From positions 169,260,001 to 169,324,000 of the forward strand of contig NC_042999.1 in assembly GCF_006345805.1 (NCBI RefSeq): a stretch of 64,000 nt of DNA, in the 5' to 3' direction. Numbering within the stretch: position 1 is the first letter of the stretch; each line of letters starts with the position of its first letter. The translations under genes and the position numbers were made by a program. Under the pieces are notes generated by a model. That model was not told where the DNA came from, ran no database searches, and saw only the letters and a list, made by a program, of their open reading frames with translations. This document shows positions 13,120-24,939 of this stretch, piece after piece. Source of the DNA: Octopus sinensis (Eukaryota).

Positions 13120-16100
13120 GGGTATGCCACGAAAACGATCACCACCACAACAACCCTCTTCTTTTCAGGCGCTGAATTGCTCCCCTCCCCCCACATCTCC
13201 TTCCCAGTTTTCAGAGTTGGCACCGTCAATGTTGGTACATTGAAAGGTAGGTCTAGTGAAATTGTAGAGATGCTTGAGAGAAGACAGGTTGATGTATGCT
13301 GCATACAAGAGGTAAGATGGAGAGGTGCTTCAGCTAGGGTCCTCACAGGCAAGGCACTTAGGTACAAAGTCTTCTGGCAAGGTAACATGGATGGTGTAGG
13401 GGGTGTAGGCATTCTCCTTGCGGAGAAATGGGTGGATAAGGTCATAGAGGTTGTCAGGGTTTGCGATAGAGTGCTTAAGCTCAGGTTGGTCCTACAGAGT
13501 GGCACAGCTACGATTATCTCCGCCTATGCCCCACAAGTGGGACTACCAAATGATCAGAAGGACCACTTTTATGATACCCTTCTACAGGCTACTTCAAAGA
13601 CTTGTGGCAAGGACCTCATCTTTGTGGGTGGAGACTTTAATGGGCATGTTGGGCGGGAATCGGGTATCTTCACTGGGGTACACGGTGCCCATTGTATTGG
13701 CACCAGAAATGATGAGGGAACTAGACTACTGGAATTCTGTGATGCTTGTAACCTTTTAATCTGCAACACTAACTTCAAGAAGCCTGACTGCCACCTTATA
13801 ACCTATCAGTCAGGAGACTCTGCTAGCCAAATAGACTTCATCCTCACCAGACAGTGGGATGCAGGGTCGCTCTTGAATACAAAGACCCTCCCGGGTGAAG
13901 AATGTATCCCTCAGCATAGACTAATCATCAGTGACTTTAAGCTTGAGGCCAGAAGGACTCTAAGAAACAAACCAATCCAGAAAAGAAGGATTTGGAAGCT
14001 AAAGAACCCTTCACATGGTCAGAGATTTAGGGACATCCTCATCAAGAAATTTGATGAGAGGGAGGAGGAGCTTCAGACGTCGGACATAGAAGGTAGCTGG
14101 GAATTCCTATGGGACAGCTTGCTGAGTGCCACAGACCGAGTCTGTGGATGGTGCAAAGTCCCTTCCAGACCTAGAGTTACGTGGTGGTAGAATAGTGCAG
14201 TAGACAAAGCCATTAGTGCAAAGAGACGGGCCTGGAAAGCCTGGAGGGATGGGGGTAGCAGGGAACTGTACCAGGTAGCCAAAAGGGAGGCTGGGCGGCA
14301 GGTATACATAGCCAAAGATGTAGCAGAAAAGATGAAGTTTGCCAATGTCCAGCGACATGAGGACCAAAGAGCTGAGGTATTTCAGATTGCCAGACAGTGT
14401 GTCAGAGAAAATAGTGATGTCACAGGAGAGAAATGTGTCCGCATGGATGATGGGGCACTTGCTTTTACTGTTGGTGAAAAGAAAGAGGCTTGGAGAAGCC
14501 ATTATGAAAGACTGCATGAGGAGAATGAATGGGAGGAGGAGAGCCTGCCAAATGTTGACCCAGTAGAGGGACCAGCTACCCGAATAGACAGCTCCCTTGT
14601 AGTTAAAGCAATTAAGGATATGAAACCAGGTAAAGCCCCCAGCCCATCAGGAATCACTGCTGAGATGCTTAAAACAGCTGGCTATGGCCTAGTCACCCGC
14701 ATTGTAAACCAGGTAGTTCATAATGGAGTCATACCCAATGACTGGCATAGCAGCACCATAGTCAACTGCTACATGGGTAAGGGTGATGCTCTAGATAGAA
14801 ATAACTACAGGGGTATCAAACTGTTGGATCAGGTGATGGTCACAAAGAGGGTCATAACCCATCTCATTAGGGAGAGAATTTGCTTAGATGAGATGCAGTT
14901 CGGTTTTGTGCCAGGTAGAAGCACCACTGATGCTATATTCCTGGTCCGACAACTGCAGGAGAAGTACCTAGCTAAAGATAAACCCCTCTACATAGCTTTT
15001 GTGGACTTGGAGAAAGCCTTTGACAGGGTTCCCCGTTCCCTTATCTGGTGGTCGATGCGGAAACTGGAGATTGACGAATGGCCAATAAGGGCTGTACAGG
15101 CTCTATACAGAGAGGCTGTCAGCAAGGTTAGGATTGGCAACGAATATAGTGAAGAATTCCGGGTAGAAGTAGGTGTGCACCAAGGCTCAGCCCTCAGTCC
15201 CCTTTTATTCATCATAGTCCTCCAGGCAATAACAGAGAAATTCAAAACAGGATGCCCCTGGGAGCTCCTCTATGCTGATGACCTGCCTCTCATAGCAGAA
15301 TCATTACCGGAACTAGAAAAGAAATTTCGGGTGTGGAAGCAAGAGTTAGAATCAAAGGGCCTTAGAGTAAATGTAGCAAAAAACCAAAGTAATAGTAAGC
15401 AGCAAGGCGTACTCAGCACACACCCTCTCGGGTAGGTGGCCCTGCTCAATCTGTAGGAAAGGTACAGGTAGAAACTCCATAAGATGCACCCAATGTAAGC
15501 TATGGACGCATAAGAGGTGCAGCAACATTAAAGGGAAATTAACAGATAAGATAGCTTTCATGTGCGGCAGATGCACAGGGGCAATAGACACAACAGACAC
15601 TCAGAAAACAGATTCCATCACACTCCAGGGAGAGAAACTAGAAGTAGTTGATAGTTTCGCTACCTGGGTGACCAAGTTAGTAGTGGAGGTGGATGCACAG
15701 AGAGTATCACCACTAGAATACGAATGGCCTGGGCAAAGTTCAGAAAGCTCCTACCCCTACTGGCGACAAAGGGTCTCTCCTCAGAGCGAAAGGTAGATTG
15801 TATGATGCATGTGTGCGAACTGCCATGCTTCACGGTAGTGAAACATGGGCTGTGACTGCAGAGGACATGCGTAGACTTGAAAGAAACGAAGCTAGCATGA
15901 TCCGCTGGATGTGTAATGTCAGTGTGCACACACGACATAGTGTAAGCACCCTGAGAGAAATGCTGGACATAAGAAGCATCAGATGTGGTGTGCAAGAGCG
16001 ACGCTTGCGATGGTATGGTCATGTGCTGCGGATGGATGAGGAGAGATGTGTGAAGAAGTGCCACTCCCAAACAGTTGAAGGTATCAGGGAGAGAGGTAGA

Positions 16101-16802
16101 CCCAGGAAGACATGGGATGAGGTAGTCAAGCATGACCTCAGAGCGTTGGGCCTCACTGAGGCAATGGCGAAGGACCGAGATCTCTGGAGATATGCTGTGA
16201 CTGCAAAGACCCGGGCTGCTTCCTGCATCAGTTCCGCATAGCCCCTGCCCATTCAAAGTACCCTGGATCCCAGAACGTCCCGCTGTGCTTGAGGAGACCT
16301 GTTGAGTCAAGTACATGAACATGAACATCGAAATAAATATCAATGGAAATAGTAGTTGTGATACCTGTGCCGGTGGCACATAAAAAGCACTATCCGAACG
16401 TGGCCAATGCCAGCGCCGCCCCGACTGGCTTCTGTGCCGGTGGCACATAAAAAGCACCATCCGAATGTTGCCAGCGCCGCTCCGACTGGCTTCTGTGCCA
16501 GTGGTACATAAAAAGCATCATCCGAACGTTGCCAGCTCCGCCTTGGCTGGCTTCCGTGCCGCTGGCACATTAAAAGTTCCAACCGATCGTGGCCGATGCC
16601 GGACCCCCCCCTGGCACCTGTGCAGGTGGCACGTAAAAAGCACCCACTACACTCGCGGAGTGGTTGGCATTAGGAAGGGCATCCATCTGTAGAAACTCTG
16701 CCAGATCAGACTGGAGCCTGGAGCAGCCCCTGGCTTCACAGACCCCGGTCGAACCGTCCAACCCATGCTAGCGCGGAAAACGGACGTTAAATGATGATGA
16801 TG
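13120..16802 (+). mobile_element. Near full-length RTE-clade LINE, copy 2 (APE plus RT, few lesions)
   Basis: ORFs 13102-14190 (endonuclease) and 14332-15435 (RT, YADD intact) share a frame and are separated by one TAG. About three single-base indels follow. The 3' UTR has 5 repeat units and a (TGA)n tail. Confidence 0.95.
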
Positions 16803-16804
16803 TA

Positions 16805-18462
16805 TCTCTTATTATAAAAGGCAGATTTTATCTGCCTCCCTTTGTAACTTATAGAAATCTACAATATAGGATTTCTTCAATTACAATTTACCTAGCATTT
16901 TTAAGAGTAGAATGCATCGGGTCATGCCAGGTCCAGTTTTTAAAATTTAAACTCCAATTAAGCAAAATTTACAGAAAACTCACATTCTGGTGTGTATGTC
17001 AAATGCTTTCTTAATGTGGTTTACACCACAAGCACACGCACACACACAGTGTGCAACGAATAAAATGAAAGTAAATAGCGACAGAGTGATTTGAGGAAGA
17101 CTAAACTGAAAGTATTTAAACCACTACTCAAAAAAAAAAAAAACAGCAAACAGAAACAAATAAATACATAACGATTTACTCCTCACACAATTTCTTCAGT
17201 TAGAGTTTACCTAAGATTTTTCAAAGTACTCCATTCAGTCATGCCATAATATATTTCTTTCAATTTCACCCCCAATTAAGACAAAATTCGAGAAAACTCA
17301 ATATTTTAACATTTCACTCCGAAAGCATTGATGTACATGTGTGCGTGCATGAGTGTGTGTGTGTGTGTGTGTTTGATGGGTTGTGCGACACAGAAAGTGT
17401 GGTGTGTAAGTGAAGTGCTTTTGTTAGTGTTTGTAAAGAGACAGACAGAGTGAAAGACAGAAATAACTGAACTTTTTTTATTCACTTTTTGTAGTGAGTG
17501 ACTGAGAGAGAAAAGAGAGAGAGAGGTTATGTATGTATATATGTATGTATGGCTTCAGTGACATGCACACACAAAAACACATACCTACATACACCTAAAG
17601 CATGCACACACACACACACAAGCGGAGCGCGAACTTCAAAATTTTGGTAGTATTAATTTGCGAGCGTACTTCTAAGCGCACGTAATTGAAAGTTTTCACT
17701 ATGATATCATCACGTGCGAAAAAATTCGAAGGGTTTTGAACAATTGAGATACAGATGTCACGCCTGTATTGAAACCATTGCTAAGCTGCCGTAATTGCTT
17801 AATTAAGACTTTGTTTAAATTGAAAGGGGCAAATATGTGACGAGGTTGAAAAAAAATACCCCAGAAAAAAAAATGTACTGCTGGTATTTATATAATTCAC
17901 TAGTATTTTGCTACAATGTCATGAAAAAGAAAAAATTTAGGTATGTAAATCGAATTCGCCACCCCCTTTTCCCCGTTCGCGTTTGTGTTAAAAAAATTAT
18001 TATTCAAGTTTTAAAAATTATTTACTTTGTTCAAAAAATATTAATATTAATTAATTTTCAAGAATTATTTAATTTTATTCTGTAAAATAGTAATTAATTC
18101 ATTTATCTGTAAATCCGCGAGGTTGTTACTCAGGCACCTAGAATGGTAACCTTCAACTAACACTATCTCCTCCGAGACCCTGCGGCGCAAGTTGACCAAA
18201 ATTGAGAGTATGGTAGAAGAAGGGTTGCTCTTCCTTCCGTAGAACATAAAATTCAAATCGGACCATGTTAACACCAAAAATTATTTACATCAAAAGGATG
18301 CTTTTTTCTATGAAAATCCCTATTTTTTACGATTTTTTCACTGCTGTGTCGCCACTTTTCGGTGTATTTCGACCAGAAAAATGTTCACAAAATTTTTACT
18401 TTTCAAAATTACAATTCCAGCGGGTCGAAACAAACCCGAGCAACGCCGGGCGATACTGCTAG
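16805..18462 (+). mobile_element. Non-autonomous Helitron (about 1.66 kb) inserted at the end of the RTE tail
   Basis: A|TCTCTTATTATAAAAGG 5' end; 3' hairpin cccgagcaacgccggg followed by CTAG|T; no TSD. Confidence 0.85.
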
Positions 18463-18854
18463 TTAGGGAATAAATCCAAACTTACAGGGAAAAATTAGAT
18501 TTAGGATTAAATCCAATTTTATAGTATAAATATATTATATTATACTATATTAAATTAGAGATAAAACCACTATTAGGCAAATCAAACAGTGAAAAACATA
18601 AGCCAATACATAAAATTAATTTAAAAATATAAAAGTTAAAAATTAAAAAATTATTTAAATAGTTTAAACTTATAAATTTTAAATATATATATAGATAGAT
18701 AAAAAGTGGTTAGGAGTCCATACAAATTGAAAATTACATTTAAAAAAATTAAAAGTTGGAAAATGTTCTGAAATGTACTCAAATATACTTCTGTGCCTTT
18801 TCCAGCTTTATATAATTTTTTAAGTATATGTGTGTGTCTATGTGTTTATGTATA

Positions 18855-18887
<33 letters not shown>

Positions 18888-18888
18888 G

Positions 18889-19232
18889 TTGGGTCAGCCC
18901 ATAAATTATGTGATTTTTTTAATACTTCTTTTATCTTTCATCTTTCAAAATTAGAATAAAGTTCTTTTTTAATCCAAAATATACTCTCCTTCATTTTCTG
19001 CAATGCTCTTCCATCTATCTGGTAGACTTGCAAGGCACCTCTTCCAAAATTCATTGTCTGTGGTGAAAAGTACTCCTCCAGTACTGTTCTGACCTTGTCT
19101 ACAGAGTTCATATTCTTTCCATCCAAGTGATTTTGAAGACTGTCGAATAAATGATAATCAGATGGGGCATTGTCTAGCGAATATGGTGGGTAGAGTGTCG
19201 TTTCTCATTCCAACTGCTCCAGCTTTTTTGAA
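18889..19232 (-). mobile_element. Mariner transposase C-terminal remnant with TIR
   Basis: The minus strand reads PPYSLDNAPSDYHLFDSLQNHLDGK (YSPDLAPSD motif). TIR-like ttgggtcagccc next to a TA run. Confidence 0.8.
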
Positions 19233-19239
19233 TGACATT

Positions 19240-19987
19240 GAGAGAAAAAAGCTGGACCTAAGAAGCATCAGTTGTGGTGTGCAAGAGAGACGTTTGCGCT
19301 GGTATGGTCATGTGGCAAGAATGGATGAAGATAGTTGTGCAAAAGTGCCACACCCTAGCGGTTGAGGGAACCCGTGGAAGAGGCAGACCCAGGAAAACCT
19401 GGGACGAGGTGGTGAAGCACGGCCTTTGAACTTTAGGTCTCACTGAGGAAATGACTAGAGACCGAGACCTCTGGAAGTGTGCTGTGCGCGAGAAGACCCG
19501 GCAGGACAAGTGAGTCCATAACCCGTAGCCTTCTACATGGGATGTAGCCAGTCCACTTATGCATACCTTTCCTTCTTGGGACACAAAACTCTACTTGTGA
19601 AGACCTGTTGAGGCAAGTGAAAATCAAAATCGATCAACATCAATCGAAATTGTAGCTGTGATACCAGTGCCGGTGGCACGTAAAAAGCACCATCCGAACG
19701 TGGTCGTTGCCAGCGCCGCCCTGACTGGACTCGTGCCGGTGGCACGTAAAAAGCACCATCTGATCGTGGCCGTTTGCCAGCCTCATCTGGCACCTGTGCC
19801 AGTGGCACGTAAAAAGCACCCACTACATTCACAGAGTAGTTGGCGTTAGGAAGGGCATCCAGCCATAGAAACATTGCCAGATCAGACTGGGCCTGGTGCA
19901 GCCTTCTGGCTTCCCAGACCCCAGTTGAACCGTCCAACCCATGCTAGCATAGAAAGCGGACGCTAAACGAAGATGATGATGATGATG
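19240..19987 (+). mobile_element. 5'-truncated RTE LINE (copy-1 subfamily)
   Basis: LDLRSISCGVQERRLRWYGHV plus complete 3' UTR and (GAT)n tail. Confidence 0.9.
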
Positions 19988-20002
19988 TAGATATGTATAT
20001 AT

Positions 20003-21478
20003 ATCATCATTGTTATCATTTAATGTCTGTTTTCCATGCTAGCATGGGTTGGACGGTTCGACTGGGGTCTGGGAACCCAGGAGGCTGCACCAGGCTCCAG
20101 TCTGATCCGCTGTGTTTCTACAGCTGGATGCCCTTCCTAACACCAACCACTCCGTGAGTGTAGTGGGTGCTTTTTATGTACAACTGGCACAGGTATCGTG
20201 ACTGCAATTTCTATTGATTTTTATTTTGATATTGATGAACTTGACTCAATAGGTCTCCTCAAGCACAGCAGGTCACTCTACGATCCAAGGTTACCACAGC
20301 AGGCCGTCCGGCGAGCCATGAACTGACTTCAGCATATCTCAGGTCTCGGTCTTTCATCATTTCCACTGTGTGGCCCAACGTGCCACGGGCACCACAACTA
20401 CACTATCCATTTGTATTTTGATGTTGGTGTTGATGTACTTGACTCAACAGGTCTCCTAAAGAACAAAGGGTCACTCTACGATCCAAGGTAAGCACAGCAG
20501 GCCATCCTGTGAGCCATGAACTCACTTCATTTGTCGGGTCTTCGCAGTCACAGCATATCTCAGGGGTCTCGGTCTTTCATCATTGCCTCTGTGAGGCCCA
20601 ACGTGCCACCAGCACAGGTATCACAAGTACAATATCCATTTGATTGTTATTTTGATGTTGATGTACTTGACTGAATAGGTCTCCTCAAGCACAGCAGGTT
20701 GCCCTACAATCCAAGGTTAGCAAGTCGCCCTATGATCCAAGGTCATCAGCATAGAAGAGCTCCCAGGGACAACCCGTCTTGAATTCCTCTGTTATTGCCT
20801 GGAGGTCTGTGATAAATAAAAGGAGACTGGGGGCTGAGCTTTGGTGCACACCTACTTCTACCCGGAATTCTTCACTATACTCATTGCCAATCCTAACCTT
20901 ACTAACTGCCTCTCTGTAAAGGGCCTGTACAGCCCTTATTAACCATTCGTCAATCTCCAGTTTCCACATCACCCACCAGTTAAGGGATTGGGGTACCCAG
21001 TGAAAGGCTTTCTCCAAGTCCACAAAAGCTAAGTATAGGGGTTTATCTTTGGCTAAGTATTTCTCCTGCAGTTGCTGTACCAGGAATATGGCATCCGTGG
21101 TGCTTTTCTACTTGGGACAAAACAGAAATGCATCTCATCTTAGCAGACTCTCTCCCTAATTAGTTGGGCTATGACCCTCTCCGTGACCTTCATCACCTGA
21201 TCCAGCAGTTTGATACCCCTGTAGTTATTTCTATCTAGAGCATCACCTTTACTCTTGTAGCAGTTGACTATGGTGCTGCTACGCCAGTTGTTGGGTATGA
21301 CTCAGTCATGAACTACCTGGTCTACAATACGGGTGACTAGGCCACAGCCCACACCACCAGATGTTTTAAGTATCTCAGCAGTGATTCCTGATGGGCTGGG
21401 GGCTTTTCCTGGCTTCATACCCTTAGTTGTTTTATCTACTATGGGGATCGCTGGTCCCTCTCCTGGGTCAACAGCCAT
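20003..21478 (-). mobile_element. Rearranged RTE LINE fragment (copy-2 subfamily)
   Basis: ORFs 21302-21499 and 20730-21023 encode RT up to YADDL, joined directly to a duplicated 3' UTR; (ATC)n tail near 20005. Confidence 0.85.
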
Positions 21479-21693
21479 CACTATCTGAATGACTGACAAG
21501 CAGCAGACACAGCCAGTTCATTGATGATTTTGCATTTTGATTCTCATGCGTCTTAATGCTCATCAGTGGCTCTCACTAATGAGCCACTGATGAGCATTAA
21601 AATGAGTTCGCATCAAAATGTAACATCATCGAGGATCAGGCTATATCTACTGATGTAGGGAGCTTGCCTCTCTTGTCAGTCATTAACATAGTG
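21479..21693. mobile_element. Palindromic MITE-like foldback with CACTA...TAGTG ends
   Basis: Perfect 20-bp stem (21553-21572 / 21581-21600), degenerate outer arms, terminal aatgactgacaag/cttgtcagtcatt. TSD not convincing. Confidence 0.55.
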
Positions 21694-21784
21694 CTTGCTG
21701 TAGCTAGTGAGTTGTTTTGTCTCTTATGTCTTGCAATATCCCTGCTGATTAGAGCTCTTTTTCACTTTAGTGACATATATGTTT

Positions 21785-21821
<37 letters not shown>

Positions 21822-21899
21822 CAATGCGTTTAGAGTGGAGTAAAAACCTACAGAATTAGTCTCTAGAGCAGTGGAAGACTTTTATTTTCTCAGACTAGT

Positions 21900-22522
21900 A
21901 ATCCTTTACTTTATTTCCAACCACCGGCTGTGTATACATGTGGATACAGCCAAAAGAAGCATTTGACTAGACTGCCTTCTTCCAGCTGTTAAACATGGAG
22001 GAGGATCTGTGATGATCTGGGTAGCTATATCTCGGAAATCTGCCAGCCCAGTGGTTTCCTTTCATGGCAGAATTAATGGTCAAGACTATTTAAACATTTT
22101 ATCTGATCAAATTCATCTTATGGTTGCAGAACTGTTTCTGGGGGGAAATGCAACCTTTCAGGATGATAATGCACCAATTCACACAGCTAAAATTGTTACT
22201 GAATGGTACGAGGAACATTCTAGTGAAGTTGAACATCTTATCTGGCCACTACAGTCCCCAGATCTCAATTTTACTGAACATTTATGGTGCATTTTAGAAA
22301 AAGAAGTAATGAGTTGGTATCCTCTACCATCATCACTACAAGAACTGGAGACTGTTTTAACTGAAGAATGGACAAAAATTCCTTTGGAAATAATTCAAAC
22401 TTTGTATGAGTTCATACCTCATAGAATTCAGTGTGTAGTTACTGCCAAAGGCTGTCCTACCCCATATTAAAATAAATTTGTTTGAAATTTCAAGGTGTTT
22501 CCATTCATTTGTGCAAGCACTG
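21900..22522 (+). mobile_element. Tc1-family transposase C-terminal remnant (D..D36E spacing) with right TIR
   Basis: VKHGGGSVMIW, QDDNAPIH...WPLQSPDLNFTE, ending ...GCACTG|TA. Confidence 0.9.
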
Positions 22523-22739
22523 TATATATATTATATATTGTGTGTGTGTGTGTCCTTTCATTTTCTTTTATTATTATCAAATTTTGTTATGACTTAGTGG
22601 CATCGAAACCCATATGGTGAATCTGTTTGAAAAACTTTTTGTATGTTGTTAATACCTTTTAAGTAATAGCATTTGATAAGTAGATTGTAATTTTGATTGC
22701 TTAATATTATTGCATTTGTTACTACCTTATTTTCTCCAG

Positions 22740-22817
22740 AGCGTTTTTATATCAAGAGTTGCAGAATCTGGTCCAGCAGCCCTATGTGGTGTCTGTGTTG
22801 GCGATAAACTTATTTCT
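22740..22817 (+). CDS. scrib: Scribble coding exon: middle of PDZ1 (SVFISRVAESGPAALCGVCVGDKLIS); not in the ORF track
   Basis: tttctccag|AGC...TCT|gtaagt, 78 nt, phase 0-0. It fills exactly the PDZ1 gap between the exons at 5990 and 27962. Confidence 0.9.
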
Positions 22818-22904
22818 GTAAGTATTATCTGGTAACATTCTTTTAGATACCCAATTCTAATACACAGGCAACTTTTACAGTTTTTCCATATTGTATGTAT
22901 GGAG

Positions 22905-23026
22905 GACTTTTGTGTTAGTGCCTTTTTTTCCACAGCTGGCACCTTGGATAGGTGTCTTTTATTGTAGCATCAGGTTCACCTAAGACTTGTAGATGGATTT
23001 GATAGACTGAGACTGAAAAAAGCCTG

Positions 23027-23030
<4 letters not shown>
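22905..23030 (-). mobile_element. Partial CORE-type SINE (family B)
   Basis: ggcaccttggataggtgtcttttattgtagc...gactgaaaaaagcctgt followed by (TG)n. Confidence 0.55.
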
Positions 23031-23077
<47 letters not shown>

Positions 23078-23365
23078 TGTGCGTGCAAGCATATGTCTGT
23101 CTGTTTACATTTGCATTTCTCAAAAATTGCAGAACTACAAGTGGCAATACTGTTTTCATCTCTTCTCAACAAACTGCAACTGACTGTGTACCTTTGAAGA
23201 ATAAAAGATCCCTTTCTAGCAATAGGAAAAGCATCCAGCTGTTAAACAGTACCTCAGTAAATGAGTAATGTATTTGTTTAACCCTGCCTCCATGGAAAAA
23301 CAAATATTAAAAATCAGTGAAATCTATCCTCATCATCATGTCCTCTCTTCTGCTCACCTTCTTGA

Positions 23366-23570
23366 TATTATTCATTGAGAATTTGCTCCAGCATCCCACT
23401 GCTACCTTCCTCTTGTTTATTATTCATTGAGAATTTGCTCCAGCATCCCACTGCTACCTTCCTCTTGTTTATTATTCATTGAGAATTTGCTCCAGCATCC
23501 CACTGCTACCTTCCTCTTGTTTATTATTCATTGAGAATTTGCTCCAGCATCCCACTGCTACCTTCCTCTT
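23366..23570. repeat. 52-bp minisatellite, about 3.9 identical copies
   Basis: Unit tattattcattgagaatttgctccagcatcccactgctaccttcctcttgtt starts at 23366, 23418, 23470 and 23522. Confidence 0.95.
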
Positions 23571-23779
23571 TCCTTCAGCCATATATCTCCTCTACATTGG
23601 AACATGTGCTTGTTTCTCCTAGCATACAGCCACTTGTCTCCACCTTCCTCTCCCAAATACTTTTTAGTAGTGGGAGCTTTTCCCTCCTTTTCCTTCTTTT
23701 CTTTCTCTGTTCTCTTCTATTGTGCCAGTGACATGAAAAAAGGCACCTAGTACATTCTGTAAATATATACATATATATA

Positions 23780-24375
23780 TTGGGTTGGCCAAAAAGTCTG
23801 TTTGGTTTTTGTCAATACTAAACTTTGAGCACTTCAACAAGTAGCTAACTACACTCTATCCTTTGCACATGTGTATTTGTTAGATACTTTGACACTTCAA
23901 CATATTTCAACAAGACAGGTTGTATTTTATATACATGAGATCACCCTGAAAATAGAGAACCAAAATGTACATTATCAGCACCTCATGCTTTTTACTGTAA
24001 AAAAGGCCAGAAAGTGGCCAAAACCTGCAGGTAGATATGTGTCGTGTAGGGAGAGGATATTGTTCCAGAACCTGTGTGCCAGAAGTGGTTTTCAAGATTT
24101 TATTGAAGAAATTTTTCCATTCAAGATGCATCTTACTCAGAATGGCCAGCTGAGATTAACAGCAACATGAACTCTTGTTATACAACCAGGATTATTGTAA
24201 ATATTCTCCAAATATCCAAATCAAGTGTGGAAAACTATCAGCATCAACTTAGTTACATTACCAGGTTCAATGTTTGGGTCCCACATCAATTGAATGAAGT
24301 TGACCTTTTCCGATGGATTTCCATCTGCGATTTGTTGCAAAAATGTGAAGAAAACTATCCTTTTGTGAAATGCAA
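23780..24375 (+). mobile_element. Mariner remnant: left TIR plus transposase N-terminal fragment
   Basis: TA|TTGGGTTGGCCAAAAAG terminus; ISKSSV...FNVWVPHQLNE...WISICD (WVPHEL motif). Confidence 0.8.
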
Positions 24376-24939
24376 ATGGTCACAAGGGAAGCACAGCAAA
24401 CTACCACAAACAAAAAACTAGAAAAATTATGTATATTAGATTATAGGACAGGCAATTATAAATTAATGGTTTATTACTATTGAAATATTTAAGTGTTTTT
24501 CTCAGTTTATGAAAGCATTTCAGTGTAAACCTACTTCTACAATTTGATAATTTTAGTTCAGAAATAACTAGTGGGACTTGTGTAAATTTCACTGAATGAA
24601 AAAAATTAAGGGGAACTATTTAAGAACAAAAGGGTGATTTGAATTTTTATAGCATTCATAGTCTAGCTTTCTTTCTTTAAATATGCTTGATGTTCATCTA
24701 CATTCATTTCCTCATGTCTCCATTGGTGTTACCTTTTTTCTCTATTTATTATATTTTCCCCTTATAACTTTTCACATCACCACCACTACCATCATCACTA
24801 TAATTTTCAGTAAAAAAGCTCATTTCAGTCCAGCTGTTTGTTTGATGACAATAACAAATGTTATCTACCTCTCCCCCCTCTCTCTCTTTCTCTCAGTATA
24901 ACTGCCTCCCTTGTTCATCTCTCTCTATCTGCCTTTCTT

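Noticed and set aside
21586-21620. Hammerhead ribozyme core CTGATGAG in the foldback element
   Set aside because: No GAAA after a stem II on either strand; the motif is explained by the palindrome.
22779-22799. Two cysteines in PDZ1 (ALCGVCVG) as a redox or lipidation switch
   Set aside because: Visible in the translation, but nothing in the sequence supports a function; it may be ordinary divergence.
23366-23570. CRISPR-like appearance of regular repeats (also the RTE 3' UTR arrays)
   Set aside because: The units are contiguous with no unique spacers, the DNA is eukaryotic and there are no cas genes.
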